Below are positions 17,868 to 27,940 of a stretch of 47,341 nucleotides of DNA, piece by piece (position 1 is the stretch's first letter; each line of letters opens with the position of its first letter). The DNA is from a bacterium (lineage in GTDB: Bacteria; Patescibacteriota; Minisyncoccia; UBA6257; GWB1-50-10). A program made the position numbers and the translations under genes. The notes under the pieces were generated by a model, which made no database searches, was not told where the DNA came from, and worked only from the letters and a program-made list of their open reading frames with translations. The stretch is from contig JAKANQ010000004.1 of assembly GCA_021812365.1 (NCBI GenBank), forward strand, positions 1 through 47,341. The letters are read 5' to 3'.

Positions 17868-19910
17868 ATGAGTCTTTTCAAACTGGTAAGCGACAATAAG
17901 CCCGCAGGAGACCAACCAAAGGCAATCGATGCCTTGGTTTCCGGTATAGAAAAAGGAATGCGGCATCAGACGCTTCTTGGTGTCACGGGATCGGGAAAGA
18001 CGTTCACCATGGCGAATGTGATTCAGCGTATTTCGCGTCCCGCGCTCGTAATAGCGCATAACAAGACCTTGGCGGCGCAGCTTACGAACGAGCTTCGCGA
18101 ATTATTTCCTAAGAATTCAGTGCACTATTTCGTGTCATATTACGATTACTATCAGCCGGAAGCATATATTCCAACCTCCGATACCTACATCGGCAAGGAG
18201 GCGATGATAAACGAGGAGATAGACAAGTTACGCCATGCGGCGACGACCGCGCTTCTTACGCGCCGCGACGTGATAGTGGTCTCATCCGTTTCCTGCATCT
18301 ACGGTCTTGGCGCGCCGCAAGTGTATGCCAAGCACATCTTCCATTTCAAAAAAGGCGACACGATAGATCGCCAGTCATTCGTGAGGAAGCTTGTTGAACT
18401 GCATTTTACGCGCACCAATTCCGATCTTACGCGCGGCACGTTCCGTCTTCGTGGCGACAATTGGGAGATAATGCCTACGGACAGAGAGGTCATCTTCAAC
18501 TTTGAATTGAAGAACGGCATCATAGAGAACATCTATGAGGTTGACCCTGTGGCGGGATATATTCCGGGGAAGACCCCCGCACGCGATGATGTGTTCATTG
18601 CGCCCGCAAAGCACTTCATCACGTTGGCGCCGGAACGCGAACGCGCCATCAAAGAAATTCGAGAAGAGCTGAAGGCGCGCCTCAAGTATTTTGAAAAGCA
18701 TGGAAAATTTTTGGAAGCCGAGCGGCTGGAACGAAGAACGAAGTATGACCTCGCGATGATAAAGGAAGTAGGCTATTGCAACGGCATTGAGAATTATTCT
18801 CAGCATCTTTCGGGAAGGGCTTCCGGTGAGCCGCCGGACACGCTTTTGGATTATTTCCCGAAGGACTTCATGACGTTCATCGATGAATCGCACGTGACCG
18901 TTCCGCAGATCGCGGGCATGTCGGCGGGCGATGCGGCACGCAAAAAGACGCTTGTTGAGTTCGGATTCCGTCTTCCCTCGGCAGCCGATAATCGTCCGCT
19001 CACGTTCGCTGAGTTCAACGCGCGAATAGGACAGGTGGTATTCACTTCCGCGACTCCGGGTCCCTATGAGAATGAAACAAGTTCGGTAGCTAAGGGCGGG
19101 CAGGTGGTAGAGCAAATCATCCGCCCAACCGGCCTTGTGGACCCTGTGGTAACCATTCTTCCCGCGAAAGGACAGGTGCAGGATCTTATTACGCGAATTG
19201 AGTCGCATATCAATGCTCCAAAGGGAAAACGTGAACGTATTCTCGTGACTACGCTTACCAAGAAGATGGCGGAAGACCTTTCCGCATATCTGGAAGAAAA
19301 GAAGATAAAGGTGACGTATTTGCACAGTGATGTAAAAACATTGGACCGCATCAAGATACTCACGAAATTGAGAAGGGGAGAGATAGATGTACTCGTGGGC
19401 GTGAACCTGCTGCGCGAGGGATTGGACTTGCCTGAGGTATCGCTTGTCGCAATTTTGGACGCGGATAAGGAGGGATTTTTAAGGAGTGAGACCGCGCTCG
19501 TACAGACCATCGGCCGCGCCGCGCGTAATGTGAGCGGCGAGGTCTTGATGTACGCGGATAACGTCACCGGTTCGATGGAGCGCGCGATTCGCGAAACAAA
19601 TCGCCGCCGAAAATTACAGCTCGCGTATAACAAGGAGCACAATATCACTCCCAAGACCATCATCAAGGAAATAAAAGATATTTTGCCGATAGAAAAGATA
19701 GAGAAGATAGAACTTGGCGTCGCTCCCAAATCGAAGAAGGCACTCGAGGTCCTTATAAAGGAAAAAGAATATGAGATGCGGGAAGCTGCTGAGGAATTGA
19801 ATTTCGAACTTGCTACTATCTTACGTGAAGAGATAAAAGCGCTCTCGCAAAAACTCGAGGAAGCGAAGAAGGAGCCAAGGGCTGTAAAGGGGAAAAAAAC
19901 CGCCCAATAG
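17868..19910 (+). CDS. uvrB: Excinuclease ABC subunit B
   Basis: 'PAGDQP', 'LGVTGSGKTFT', 'YFVSYYDYYQPEAY', 'DESH', 'NLLREGLDLPEV'. Confidence 0.98.
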   Translation: MSLFKLVSDNKPAGDQPKAIDALVSGIEKGMRHQTLLGVTGSGKTFTMANVIQRISRPALVIAHNKTLAAQLTNELRELFPKNSVHYFVSYYDYYQPEAYIPTSDTYIGKEAMINEEIDKLRHAATTALLTRRDVIVVSSVSCIYGLGAPQVYAKHIFHFKKGDTIDRQSFVRKLVELHFTRTNSDLTRGTFRLRGDNWEIMPTDREVIFNFELKNGIIENIYEVDPVAGYIPGKTPARDDVFIAPAKHFITLAPERERAIKEIREELKARLKYFEKHGKFLEAERLERRTKYDLAMIKEVGYCNGIENYSQHLSGRASGEPPDTLLDYFPKDFMTFIDESHVTVPQIAGMSAGDAARKKTLVEFGFRLPSAADNRPLTFAEFNARIGQVVFTSATPGPYENETSSVAKGGQVVEQIIRPTGLVDPVVTILPAKGQVQDLITRIESHINAPKGKRERILVTTLTKKMAEDLSAYLEEKKIKVTYLHSDVKTLDRIKILTKLRRGEIDVLVGVNLLREGLDLPEVSLVAILDADKEGFLRSETALVQTIGRAARNVSGEVLMYADNVTGSMERAIRETNRRRKLQLAYNKEHNITPKTIIKEIKDILPIEKIEKIELGVAPKSKKALEVLIKEKEYEMREAAEELNFELATILREEIKALSQKLEEAKKEPRAVKGKKTAQ

Positions 19911-19935
19911 GTTGTTTTTCAGTTCAAGAGGTATA

Positions 19936-19992
19936 TTGACAAAATAATATTATCAAGGTATAATGTTTTTGTTAGATTGGTTCTTTGATAAC
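19936..19992 (+). promoter_or_regulatory. Consensus sigma70 promoter and boxA-like motif (module C)
   Basis: TTGACA-17-TATAAT (19936-19964); GTTCTTTGATAAC 19980-19992. Confidence 0.8.
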
Positions 19993-20002
19993 ACGGCAAA
20001 TC

Positions 20003-20148
20003 TTCATACGGCGCGATTCGCGAGGAGCGCACTCAATGTCAGGTTGGCTGATGTCTAGTGCGCTACTCGTTGAGTGGCGACCGTCGCGCGGGTAACGCGC
20101 GTTCTGTACCCAATTTTCGCGCCATTCGGCGCAAGGGGGCTGTATGAA
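20003..20148 (+). ncRNA. Candidate structured 5' leader RNA
   Basis: Stems AGCGCACT/AGTGCGCT (20026-33/20057-64), CGCGCG/CGCGCG (20085-90/20096-101), GGCGCGA/TCGCGCC, TTCATACGGC/GCTGTATGAA over the start codon. Confidence 0.45.
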
Positions 20149-20833
20149 AGCAATGCGGATTTACTTCGAGCTCGTCGGTGGAAAGACCATCGCGATGTTC
20201 GCTGACGGGTTCAGGGCCTTCGAGGCCACGACGCAGAAGCCCGTGAAGGACGGTGCACCCAAGCGGTACACCATGCGTCTCGGCGACGCGACCGGCAGGT
20301 TCGTCACCGTCGGCACGAACGATCGGGAGACCCCCGAGGTCATCACGATCAAGCGAGAGGGCAAGCCGCCCATCCACCTCATCCACCGCATGGACTTCAC
20401 CAAGGTGAAGGACATGAAGCGGAGCAAGGAGACCGGAGAGGATGCCTTCTTCTTCACCATGAGCAAGGAGGCGAACCAGAACGACCTGCGCATCGCCCTT
20501 CAAATCAACACGAAGGGAGCGGCGAATGTCGAGGGCAAGCACGGTACTTACTCCGTCTCCACCGAAGCCATCGAGGGTCTGCCCTTCGGCTACGGCATGA
20601 GCGAGGCCGGCTCGACCTTCCTGGTCGGCCTGACCGTGATCGCCCCTGGCGAGACCATCACGATCACGCCCGAGGGCGGTGAACCCGTTCTGCTCCACTA
20701 CGATGGAGTGAAGGGTCTCGTCTTCGAGCAGCCCGGCTCCTTCGCCCCGCTCATCGCGGAGGCCGAGCCCGAGCATGTGCCGCAGCGCACCCGCCGTGCG
20801 AAGAAGCACCAACAGCATACGACCGAAGCCTAG
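20144..20833 (+). CDS. Orphan hypothetical protein
   Basis: Very strong C/G third-position bias in this frame; AAGGGGG before ATG; own promoter and terminator. Confidence 0.8.
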   Translation: MKAMRIYFELVGGKTIAMFADGFRAFEATTQKPVKDGAPKRYTMRLGDATGRFVTVGTNDRETPEVITIKREGKPPIHLIHRMDFTKVKDMKRSKETGEDAFFFTMSKEANQNDLRIALQINTKGAANVEGKHGTYSVSTEAIEGLPFGYGMSEAGSTFLVGLTVIAPGETITITPEGGEPVLLHYDGVKGLVFEQPGSFAPLIAEAEPEHVPQRTRRAKKHQQHTTEA

Positions 20834-20852
20834 TTCTCGGCCGTCAATCCAT

Positions 20853-20884
20853 CGCCCCGCGCAATTTGCGGGGCGTTTTTTTTA
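20853..20884 (+). terminator. Intrinsic terminator, CCCCGC family
   Basis: CGCCCCGC-GCAATTT-GCGGGGCG-T-tract. Confidence 0.85.
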
Positions 20885-20995
20885 CGCACAAAAAGAGATT
20901 GACTTTTGGTTGGTGGGACACTAAAGTTCGTGTGTGGTATCCCTAGCACGCGAAGTGCCGGGCCATTTCGTTATTCACTCATAAAACATACAGGA

Positions 20996-21021
20996 CCCGC
21001 CTTCGCTAAAGCTACGGTGGG
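20996..21021. repeat. REP-like short palindromic element
   Basis: CCCGCC-TTCGCTAAAGCTAC-GGTGGG; resembles a dispersed repeat I recall from CPR genomes; single copy in this window. Confidence 0.45.
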
Positions 21022-21040
21022 CACGTAAAATAAAAATATC

Positions 21041-23554
21041 ATGCAGGACAAGATAATCATAAAAGGAGCGCGGGAACATAATTTGAAGAACATCAATTTA
21101 GAGATTCCTCGCGGAAAAATGACGGTGTTCACGGGACTTTCCGGTTCGGGAAAATCATCGCTTGCGTTCGATACCATCTTTGCGGAAGGACAACGAAGAT
21201 ATATCGAATCGCTTTCGGCATACGCGCGCCAATTTTTGGGCAGGCTCGATAAGCCCGATGTGGATGAGATAGAGGGACTTTCGCCCGCAATCTCAATTGA
21301 CCAGAAAAGCCACTCGGCCAATCCGCGTTCAACGGTCGCGACCATCACGGAAATCTACGATTATATGCGTGTGCTTTTCGCGCGCGCGGGCAAGCCGCAT
21401 TGTCCACGATGCGGAACACCCATCAAAAAGATGACTATCGAGGAGATAGTCGACGTGGCAATCTCCATTTCAAATGAAAACAAGGCGGGGAAGAATGTGG
21501 TCATCTTGGCACCCGTCGTCCGCGGGAGGAAGGGGGAGTATTACCAATTACTCTATGATTTCTTGAATACGGGTTTTTCCGAGATTCGCGTGGATGGAAC
21601 GTATTATTCGTTGCGCGACAAGATAGACTTGAGCCGTTATAAGCAGCATACTATCGACCTTGTGGTCGACAGGATGCCCGCGAAATTGGATTTCAAAGAG
21701 AAGGATAATCGCTTGAGGCTTTCGGAAGCGATTGAGACTGCGCTGAAGTATGGCAACGATGTGGTGACCATCATCACCGATGAGGAGACCTCGCTGTCCG
21801 CGAAATTCACGTGTCCTAATGATGGCTTCTCGTTTCCTGAGATTGAGCCGCGTCTCTTTTCATTCAATAGCCCGTTCGGCGCGTGTCCCGCGTGTAACGG
21901 CCTTGGTACCGAGAGCATCTTCTCCGAGAAGATATGCGAGGTATGCGGAGGAAAACGTTTGAAGGAAGAGGCGCTCAGCGTACTCATCAATGGAAAGAAC
22001 ATCGCGAATGTGACGGGACTTTCCGTCGCGCATGCGCATGAATTTTTTGACAAGGCTGAAAAATCAAAGGACGAACAGTTCAAGGAGATCGCGGAATTGC
22101 CTCTGCGCGAGATAAAGAATCGGCTTAAGTTTTTAGCGGATGTGGGTTTGGAATATCTCACGCTCGACAGGCGCGCGGGCACATTGTCAGGCGGCGAGGC
22201 GCAGCGCATTCGGCTTGCGTCGCAGATAGGTTCAAGGCTTGTGGGTACGCTCTATATACTTGATGAGCCGACCATCGGACTTCACCAGCGAGACAATGCA
22301 AAGCTCATAAAGACATTGCAGGACTTGCGTGATTTGGGAAACACGGTAGTGGTGGTCGAGCATGATGAGGAGACGATTCGCGCTTCGGATTATCTTGTTG
22401 ACGTGGGTCCCGGCGCGGGCATCCATGGCGGAAACATCGTGGCGGCGGGTCCGATACCCGAGGTCATCAATGACACGCGGCATGCGTCACTTACGCTTGA
22501 TTATCTTCGCGGAAAGGAGTTCATCGAGGTTCCCAAGGAACGCCGTGGCGTAAAAACCGGGCATGAATCGATAAAGATGAAGGGCGTCACGGAAAACAAT
22601 CTTAAGAACGTTGATGTGAACATTCCATTACGAAGACTTACCGCGGTTACGGGAGTTTCCGGTTCGGGAAAAAGTTCGCTCATCTATGACGTGCTCTACA
22701 AACATCTCGCGAACAAATTCAACGGCGCGAGCTATAAGGTTGGCGCGAATAAGGGAATCACGGGATTGGAATATGTGAATAGGGTCATCAACATCGACCA
22801 GGGGGCCATCGGACGCACGCCGCGTTCAAATCCCGCAACATACGTGGGGGCGTGGTCATTTATTCGCGACTTGTTCGCGGCGACCGAAGATGCGCGCGTG
22901 CGCGGCTATCGTCCAGGAAGATTCAGCTTCAATGTGAAGGGTGGCCGCTGCGAGAACTGCGAAGGACATGGCGTCATCGCGATTGAGATGCATTTCTTGC
23001 CAACCGTCTATGTGACGTGTGATGTATGCAAGGGAAAACGTTTTGACAGAGAAACGCTTGAAGTGGAGTACAAGGGAAAGAATATCTATGATGTATTGAA
23101 AACGACCATTGAGGAAGCGGTCACATTCTTTGAAGATATTCCTTGGCTCTATGACCGATTGAAGATATTGGATGAGGTGGGTCTCGGCTATTTGGAGCTT
23201 GGACAATCCGCGACAACGCTTTCGGGCGGCGAGGCGCAGCGCATCAAGCTTGCCGCGGAACTTGGAAAACGTGATACGCGAAAGACCATCTATCTTTTGG
23301 ATGAGCCGACCACCGGACTTCACTTCGCGGACGTGCAGAAGCTGCTTGATGTGTTGCAGCGCCTCGTATCACGCGGCAATACCGTAGTGGTCATCGAACA
23401 TAATCTTGATGTCATCAAATCGGCGGATTGGGTCATCGACCTCGGTCCCGAGGGTGGAGAAAAGGGCGGCGCCATCATTGGCGAGGGAACGCCTGAAGAG
23501 ATCGCGGAAAAAGCGCGAAGTTTTACGGGACATTACTTGAAGGCCGTCTTATAA
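21041..23554 (+). CDS. uvrA: Excinuclease ABC subunit A (short form)
   Basis: 'GAREHNLKN', two Walker A ([18 protein letters not shown]), two LSGGEAQRI, Zn fingers. Confidence 0.98.
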   Translation: MQDKIIIKGAREHNLKNINLEIPRGKMTVFTGLSGSGKSSLAFDTIFAEGQRRYIESLSAYARQFLGRLDKPDVDEIEGLSPAISIDQKSHSANPRSTVATITEIYDYMRVLFARAGKPHCPRCGTPIKKMTIEEIVDVAISISNENKAGKNVVILAPVVRGRKGEYYQLLYDFLNTGFSEIRVDGTYYSLRDKIDLSRYKQHTIDLVVDRMPAKLDFKEKDNRLRLSEAIETALKYGNDVVTIITDEETSLSAKFTCPNDGFSFPEIEPRLFSFNSPFGACPACNGLGTESIFSEKICEVCGGKRLKEEALSVLINGKNIANVTGLSVAHAHEFFDKAEKSKDEQFKEIAELPLREIKNRLKFLADVGLEYLTLDRRAGTLSGGEAQRIRLASQIGSRLVGTLYILDEPTIGLHQRDNAKLIKTLQDLRDLGNTVVVVEHDEETIRASDYLVDVGPGAGIHGGNIVAAGPIPEVINDTRHASLTLDYLRGKEFIEVPKERRGVKTGHESIKMKGVTENNLKNVDVNIPLRRLTAVTGVSGSGKSSLIYDVLYKHLANKFNGASYKVGANKGITGLEYVNRVINIDQGAIGRTPRSNPATYVGAWSFIRDLFAATEDARVRGYRPGRFSFNVKGGRCENCEGHGVIAIEMHFLPTVYVTCDVCKGKRFDRETLEVEYKGKNIYDVLKTTIEEAVTFFEDIPWLYDRLKILDEVGLGYLELGQSATTLSGGEAQRIKLAAELGKRDTRKTIYLLDEPTTGLHFADVQKLLDVLQRLVSRGNTVVVIEHNLDVIKSADWVIDLGPEGGEKGGAIIGEGTPEEIAEKARSFTGHYLKAVL

Positions 23555-23560
23555 ATAGTG

Positions 23561-23592
23561 AACAAGGCGCAATGCCAAATTGCGCCTTGTTT
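23561..23592. terminator. Terminator-like hairpin after uvrA
   Basis: AACAAGGCGCAAT-GCCAA-ATTGCGCCTTGTT. Confidence 0.7.
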
Positions 23593-23616
23593 ATCGTTTG
23601 AGGTACAATGAAAATC

Positions 23617-24486
23617 ATGGAAGCGAAGAATATCACAAAAAAGAAGGTTGGATTGGCGCTTGGCGGTGGCGGCGCGAAAGGGCTTGCGCACATCGGCGTC
23701 ATCAAAGAACTTGAGCGCGCGGGCGTGGAGATAAGCTATATTGCGGGTACCAGCATGGGTGCGTTGGTGGGCGCGTGGTACGCGGCCACGAAAGATATCG
23801 CGGCACTCGAAAAATTGTTTATAAGCATTAAGGACGAGGATGTATATTCGATGAGTAAAATAGCGCGCAAACACGATGGCGCGATTTTCAAGGATTCGTC
23901 CATTCCCGATTTTTTGGAAAAGCAATTCAAAAGTGTTGATTTCAACGATCTAAAGATTCCATTCAAGGCAATTGCGACGGATACAAAGAATGGCGAGCAG
24001 GTAGTGCTTGAAAAGGGAAGCCTTTCAGACGCGGTAAGAGCAAGCACCGCGTTGCCTGTGGTATTCAGCCCCGTGGAGATAGATGGGCGAGTGCTTATGG
24101 ATGGGGGGTTTGTGAATCCTGTGCCCGCGGATGTGGTGCGAGAGATGGGTGCTAATCTTGTTATCGCCGTTGACGTGTCAAGCAAGTGGTTTGATTTTTC
24201 TGAGGAAAAGATACGTATTTTCCACATCTATTCTCTTATCGCAAGCGCGTTGGCGGTCATCGAATATCAGATAGCGGCCCGCATATTGGAGGAGAATGCC
24301 GACATTGTGCTGCATCCGCAGGTGCTTACGCACCATTGGCTTGAATTTGGAAACGCGCGAGAGCTCATCGCTCATGGCGAGACCGAGACTCACGAACAGA
24401 TTTCAAAGATATGCGAGCACGCGGGGCATCAGTTACCAGAAAAATCTCCGTTTGAGAAGTTTATGGACTTCATCCTTTACGCATAA
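23617..24486 (+). CDS. Patatin-like phospholipase (RssA/NTE family)
   Basis: GGGGAKG, GTSMG, DGG motifs; alternative start 23608. Confidence 0.92.
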   Translation: MEAKNITKKKVGLALGGGGAKGLAHIGVIKELERAGVEISYIAGTSMGALVGAWYAATKDIAALEKLFISIKDEDVYSMSKIARKHDGAIFKDSSIPDFLEKQFKSVDFNDLKIPFKAIATDTKNGEQVVLEKGSLSDAVRASTALPVVFSPVEIDGRVLMDGGFVNPVPADVVREMGANLVIAVDVSSKWFDFSEEKIRIFHIYSLIASALAVIEYQIAARILEENADIVLHPQVLTHHWLEFGNARELIAHGETETHEQISKICEHAGHQLPEKSPFEKFMDFILYA

Positions 24487-25839
24487 CTACTTGTCCAATT
24501 GCTGAGAGGTGAGAAGGTCATTGCCCGAAAGAAGGAATAGCGTCTTGTCGTTCAACGCGAATTGCGCCGCATCCGCGGCGAGCGTATAGATATTTCTTGC
24601 CGAGCGCGTGTCAAATTCCTCCGCTTTCAGTTCGTTGCCCGCTTTTATCAAAAAATAATTTTGAGTGAACGGTATCCACTTGAAGGATTGCGCATCCTCG
24701 CCTTCGGTGAGAGTGAAGTTGCTCGCATCTCCCTGTTTGCGAATCACATTTTCCTCATAATCTTTGAGGTAGAGAATCTCCGCGTCGCCATTCGTTCCGA
24801 TGAATATCGCGCGCTTGGAATCGGGGGAAAATGAATAGAATGAGATTTGTGCTCCTACCTTTTTCAGTGCTTGAGTATCAACCTCGTAGTGGAAGAGATG
24901 CTGTTCTTCATCGGTAATAAGAAGATCGGAGCCGTCCGGAGAGGCTTTCAGTCCTGTCGCAAAATTAAGATGTACCGGATATTCTGATTGCGTATGAAGA
25001 AGAAGGTCCGAAATAGTAAGGACTCCTTTTGAATCAATGGCAAAGAAATCGTTATTGCTTGTTGCGTACGCAATAAGTTTATTCGTGGCAAGCAATGGTT
25101 CCAACTCCATCTTCTTTGTATCCAATATATAGACAGACGTATTGGTGGTGATGATGAGTTTCGTTCGTGTGAAGGGGTGGGAGATGACTTCTCGAATTTT
25201 CGCGATACTCGCGAAGCCTAATTGCTTATGGCGCAGAGAAGAAAAGAGAGTATTTATGTTGAGCGTTGAGGATGCGTCATCAAGATTCACGAAGTAGTAT
25301 GTTGCACCGTCTTTTGTGACCACAAATGGCGAATCCAGATTCGAAAGAATGACGTCCTTTCCCGCAATCTTCTCGTTTTTGAATCCAAGTTCTCCCGCCG
25401 TTGTCTTTACGACGGGGCCGTTCTTAGTGAGCCAAAATGCCGCAATGTCGGTACTGCTTGTGTCAGGGGTCAGTGTTTTAGGCCATAGGATGATGTCCTT
25501 TGAAGACGCAACTATTCCCGATGAGAGCGAGAATTCTTTGTTCCAATCATAATAGCCGGGAAGCGAGAGCGAGACCGAGTGGGTGGTGGGGGTAAGGCCC
25601 GGGACGTAGATGTCATTGCTCAAAAATCCCGCGGTTCCCGGATATTTTTTGCCATCAAGATAGAGTGTGGCATCGCGTGGCGTGAATTTCACGTAAATAC
25701 CGCCCGCTTTCACGAGGCGGAGATTTTTCGTGTCTATCACGAATCCAAGCATCTTTATCGTGAGATATGAGCCGAGTATCAAAAAGACGGCGAAAAAAAA
25801 CCAAACCAGTTTTCTTCGAGCGGAATGTCCCAGTGCCAT
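24487..25839 (-). CDS. Membrane-anchored PEGA-like / beta-propeller-like protein
   Basis: N-terminal TM then 'GGIYVKFTPRDATLYLDGK...GL.P..H.V.LSLPGYYDWNK'; 'SPDG', 'FSPDSK' repeats; start moved to ATG 25839. Confidence 0.7.
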   Translation of the reverse strand: MALGHSARRKLVWFFFAVFLILGSYLTIKMLGFVIDTKNLRLVKAGGIYVKFTPRDATLYLDGKKYPGTAGFLSNDIYVPGLTPTTHSVSLSLPGYYDWNKEFSLSSGIVASSKDIILWPKTLTPDTSSTDIAAFWLTKNGPVVKTTAGELGFKNEKIAGKDVILSNLDSPFVVTKDGATYYFVNLDDASSTLNINTLFSSLRHKQLGFASIAKIREVISHPFTRTKLIITTNTSVYILDTKKMELEPLLATNKLIAYATSNNDFFAIDSKGVLTISDLLLHTQSEYPVHLNFATGLKASPDGSDLLITDEEQHLFHYEVDTQALKKVGAQISFYSFSPDSKRAIFIGTNGDAEILYLKDYEENVIRKQGDASNFTLTEGEDAQSFKWIPFTQNYFLIKAGNELKAEEFDTRSARNIYTLAADAAQFALNDKTLFLLSGNDLLTSQQLDK

Positions 25840-25904
25840 AGTACATTTACGGTAGCGCGAAGGATGGTTTTCCGCAAGGAATCGCCTTCCGCGCGGCACT
25901 ATCC

Positions 25905-25970
25905 TTGACAAAATAAAAATAAAGTATAGAATATGAACTCTGTTGAACCTTAATAACTACACAAAGGAGG
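25905..25970 (+). promoter_or_regulatory. Promoter, boxA-like motif and SD (module D)
   Basis: TTGACA-16-TAGAAT; GAACCTTAATAAC 25945-25957; AAGGAGG 25964-25970. Confidence 0.7.
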
Positions 25971-25976
25971 AAGATT

Positions 25977-26396
25977 TTGCGTGATCATATTGTAGGAGTA
26001 CTCGTTGGTCTTTTGTTCGTTACTGCGTACGCGTCGTGGGATTCGAAGTCCATCGCGAAGATGCCACGCGCGGTAACGTGCGAGTGCGCGAACGAGGAGA
26101 GCTATACGACCATGCGTGCGTGGGTTACCGCGTACACAAGCAGCGCCGACGAGTGCGGAAATGATTTCGGCATCACCGCATCGGGCGAACGCGCCCGCGA
26201 TGGCGTGGTTGCGTGCAATTTTTTGCCGTTTGGCACCAGGGTGAGGATTCCAGAACTCTTCGGAGAGAGGGAATTTGTCGTCATGGACCGAATGTCCAAG
26301 GGAAAGGAGAACTACGTTGATGTGTGGGTGAAGAGGAAATATACTGCCCGCAGGATAGGAAAATCCTTTGTAGACATAGTCGTGGTCGACAGTTGA
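25977..26396 (+). CDS. 3D (Asp-Asp-Asp) domain protein, putative peptidoglycan lytic enzyme
   Basis: 'VTAYTS..DEC...ITASG...GVVACNFLPFGTRVRIP...VMDR...VDVW'; TTG start with SD. Confidence 0.85.
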   Translation: MRDHIVGVLVGLLFVTAYASWDSKSIAKMPRAVTCECANEESYTTMRAWVTAYTSSADECGNDFGITASGERARDGVVACNFLPFGTRVRIPELFGEREFVVMDRMSKGKENYVDVWVKRKYTARRIGKSFVDIVVVDS

Positions 26397-26400
26397 TACA

Positions 26401-26429
26401 AGCCCCGCGCATTTTGCGGGGCTTTTTTT
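26401..26429 (+). terminator. Intrinsic terminator, CCCCGC family
   Basis: AGCCCCGC-GCATTTT-GCGGGGCT-T-tract; 20 of 21 nt identical to the 20854 hairpin. Confidence 0.85.
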
Positions 26430-26484
26430 GTTGCTGTATGTTTCCTTTATTTTTTGATATACTGAAAAAAAGCCTAATAATCAT

Positions 26485-27042
26485 ATGAAAAATAAAACGT
26501 TATGGATCGTTCTTGGCGTGGCGGTCGTCGCGCTTCTCTATGTATGGACCTCATACAACGGATTTGTAGGAAAGAATGAGGCGGTAGATAACCAGTGGGC
26601 GCAAGTGGAGACGCAGTATCAGCGCAGATTGGACCTTATTCCTAACCTCGTGAATTCGGTGCAGGGCGCGATGAAACAGGAAAAGGATGTCTTTTTGGCG
26701 ATTGCGGACGCGCGCACGAAGTATGGCAGCGCAAAAACGGTAGATGAGAAAGCGGCGGCGGCAACGGGTGTGGAATCAGCGCTCAGCCGATTGCTCGTGG
26801 TGATGGAAAACTATCCTACGCTTAAATCATCGGATGCGGTACAGACGCTTATGGTACAGCTTGAGGGAACCGAGAATCGCGTGAGCGTGGAGCGACAGCG
26901 CTTCAACGATGCGGTGAAGGATCTCAACATGTCCGTGAAGCGTTTCCCCGGCAACATCGTTGCGGGAATGTTCGGATTTAAGGAGCGAACCTATTTTGCG
27001 GCGGCAAGCGGCGCTGAGAATGCTCCGAAAGTAAACTTCTAA
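26485..27042 (+). CDS. lemA: LemA family protein
   Basis: 'WAQVETQYQRRLDLIPNLV', 'ENYPTLKS', 'LEGTENRVSVERQRFN'. Confidence 0.95.
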   Translation: MKNKTLWIVLGVAVVALLYVWTSYNGFVGKNEAVDNQWAQVETQYQRRLDLIPNLVNSVQGAMKQEKDVFLAIADARTKYGSAKTVDEKAAAATGVESALSRLLVVMENYPTLKSSDAVQTLMVQLEGTENRVSVERQRFNDAVKDLNMSVKRFPGNIVAGMFGFKERTYFAAASGAENAPKVNF

Positions 27043-27048
27043 CTTCAC

Positions 27049-27933
27049 ATGAGGAGGGTCGTATTACTCTTTCTCATTGCTATCGTAACAATTCCATTTG
27101 TTGCGCGTGCATACACAAGTCCTGGCAAGCCTGAGGAAGGTTTTTTTGTGAGTGATTTTGCGGGGATGCTACATCCACAAGAAAAAGCACAGCTTGAACA
27201 AAAGCTTGCGGCGTTTGAGGCAAGTTCCACGAATGAGATTGCGGTCGTCACTATTCCAAGTTTGAATGGCGATACGATTGAAAATTATGCCGTGAAATTG
27301 TTCGAGGACTGGAAGATAGGCAAGAAGGGGAAGGATAACGGCATCCTGCTTCTCATCTCGCGTGATGATAGAAAGGTGCGCATTGAGGTCGGATATGGAT
27401 TGGAGGGCGCGCTCACCGACGCGCAGAGTTATTGGATCATCAATAATGTAATCACGCCTAATTTCAAGGCGGGGAATTATTATGCGGGCATTGACGGCGC
27501 GGTCTCTCAGATAATGTCTGCGACGCGGGGTGAGTACGTGCCTTCTGAATCTCAGAATGTCGATAGAACAGTGAATGCGGTGTTCGAGTATTGGTATCTT
27601 ATTCCCATTGGCATTATGTGGCTCGCAAGTATTTTGGGCCGTTCAAAATCATGGTGGGCAGGTGGTGTGCTTGGAGGCATAGGCGGCGTCGTCATCGGAC
27701 TCTTCGATGGATTCTTCTACGCGGGTATTCTCGCTATCGTATTTCTCATTCCTCTCGGGTTGCTCTTCGATTATTTCGTATCTAAATCGTACGATAAGTA
27801 CAAGGCGGGAACGGGCGGCATTCCTTGGTGGATAGGCGGCGGAGGTTTTTGGGGCGGAGGAGGCTCGGGCGGTGGATTCGGAGGATTCGGCGGCGGGCGT
27901 TCGGGCGGAGGAGGCTCAAGCGGTGATTGGTAA
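27049..27933 (+). CDS. TPM domain (YgcG-like) protein with Gly-rich tail
   Basis: 'EIAVVTIPSL', 'WKIGKKGKDNGILLLIS.DDRKVRIEVGYGLEGALTD', GGFGGG tail. Confidence 0.92.
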   Translation: MRRVVLLFLIAIVTIPFVARAYTSPGKPEEGFFVSDFAGMLHPQEKAQLEQKLAAFEASSTNEIAVVTIPSLNGDTIENYAVKLFEDWKIGKKGKDNGILLLISRDDRKVRIEVGYGLEGALTDAQSYWIINNVITPNFKAGNYYAGIDGAVSQIMSATRGEYVPSESQNVDRTVNAVFEYWYLIPIGIMWLASILGRSKSWWAGGVLGGIGGVVIGLFDGFFYAGILAIVFLIPLGLLFDYFVSKSYDKYKAGTGGIPWWIGGGGFWGGGGSGGGFGGFGGGRSGGGGSSGDW

Positions 27934-27940
27934 TCTATCT

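Noticed and set aside
20009-20083. SRP (4.5S) or 6S RNA
   Set aside because: No CAGG...GGAA...AGCAG SRP motif; no terminator or long closing stem as expected for 6S
20063-20818. 251-aa minus-strand ORF (and similar long antisense ORFs at 18375-19325 and 46100-46822)
   Set aside because: Shadows of codon-biased sense genes; no promoter, SD or recognisable motifs
27829-27930. G-rich tract as a second G4 element
   Set aside because: Explained by the Gly-rich tail of the TPM protein
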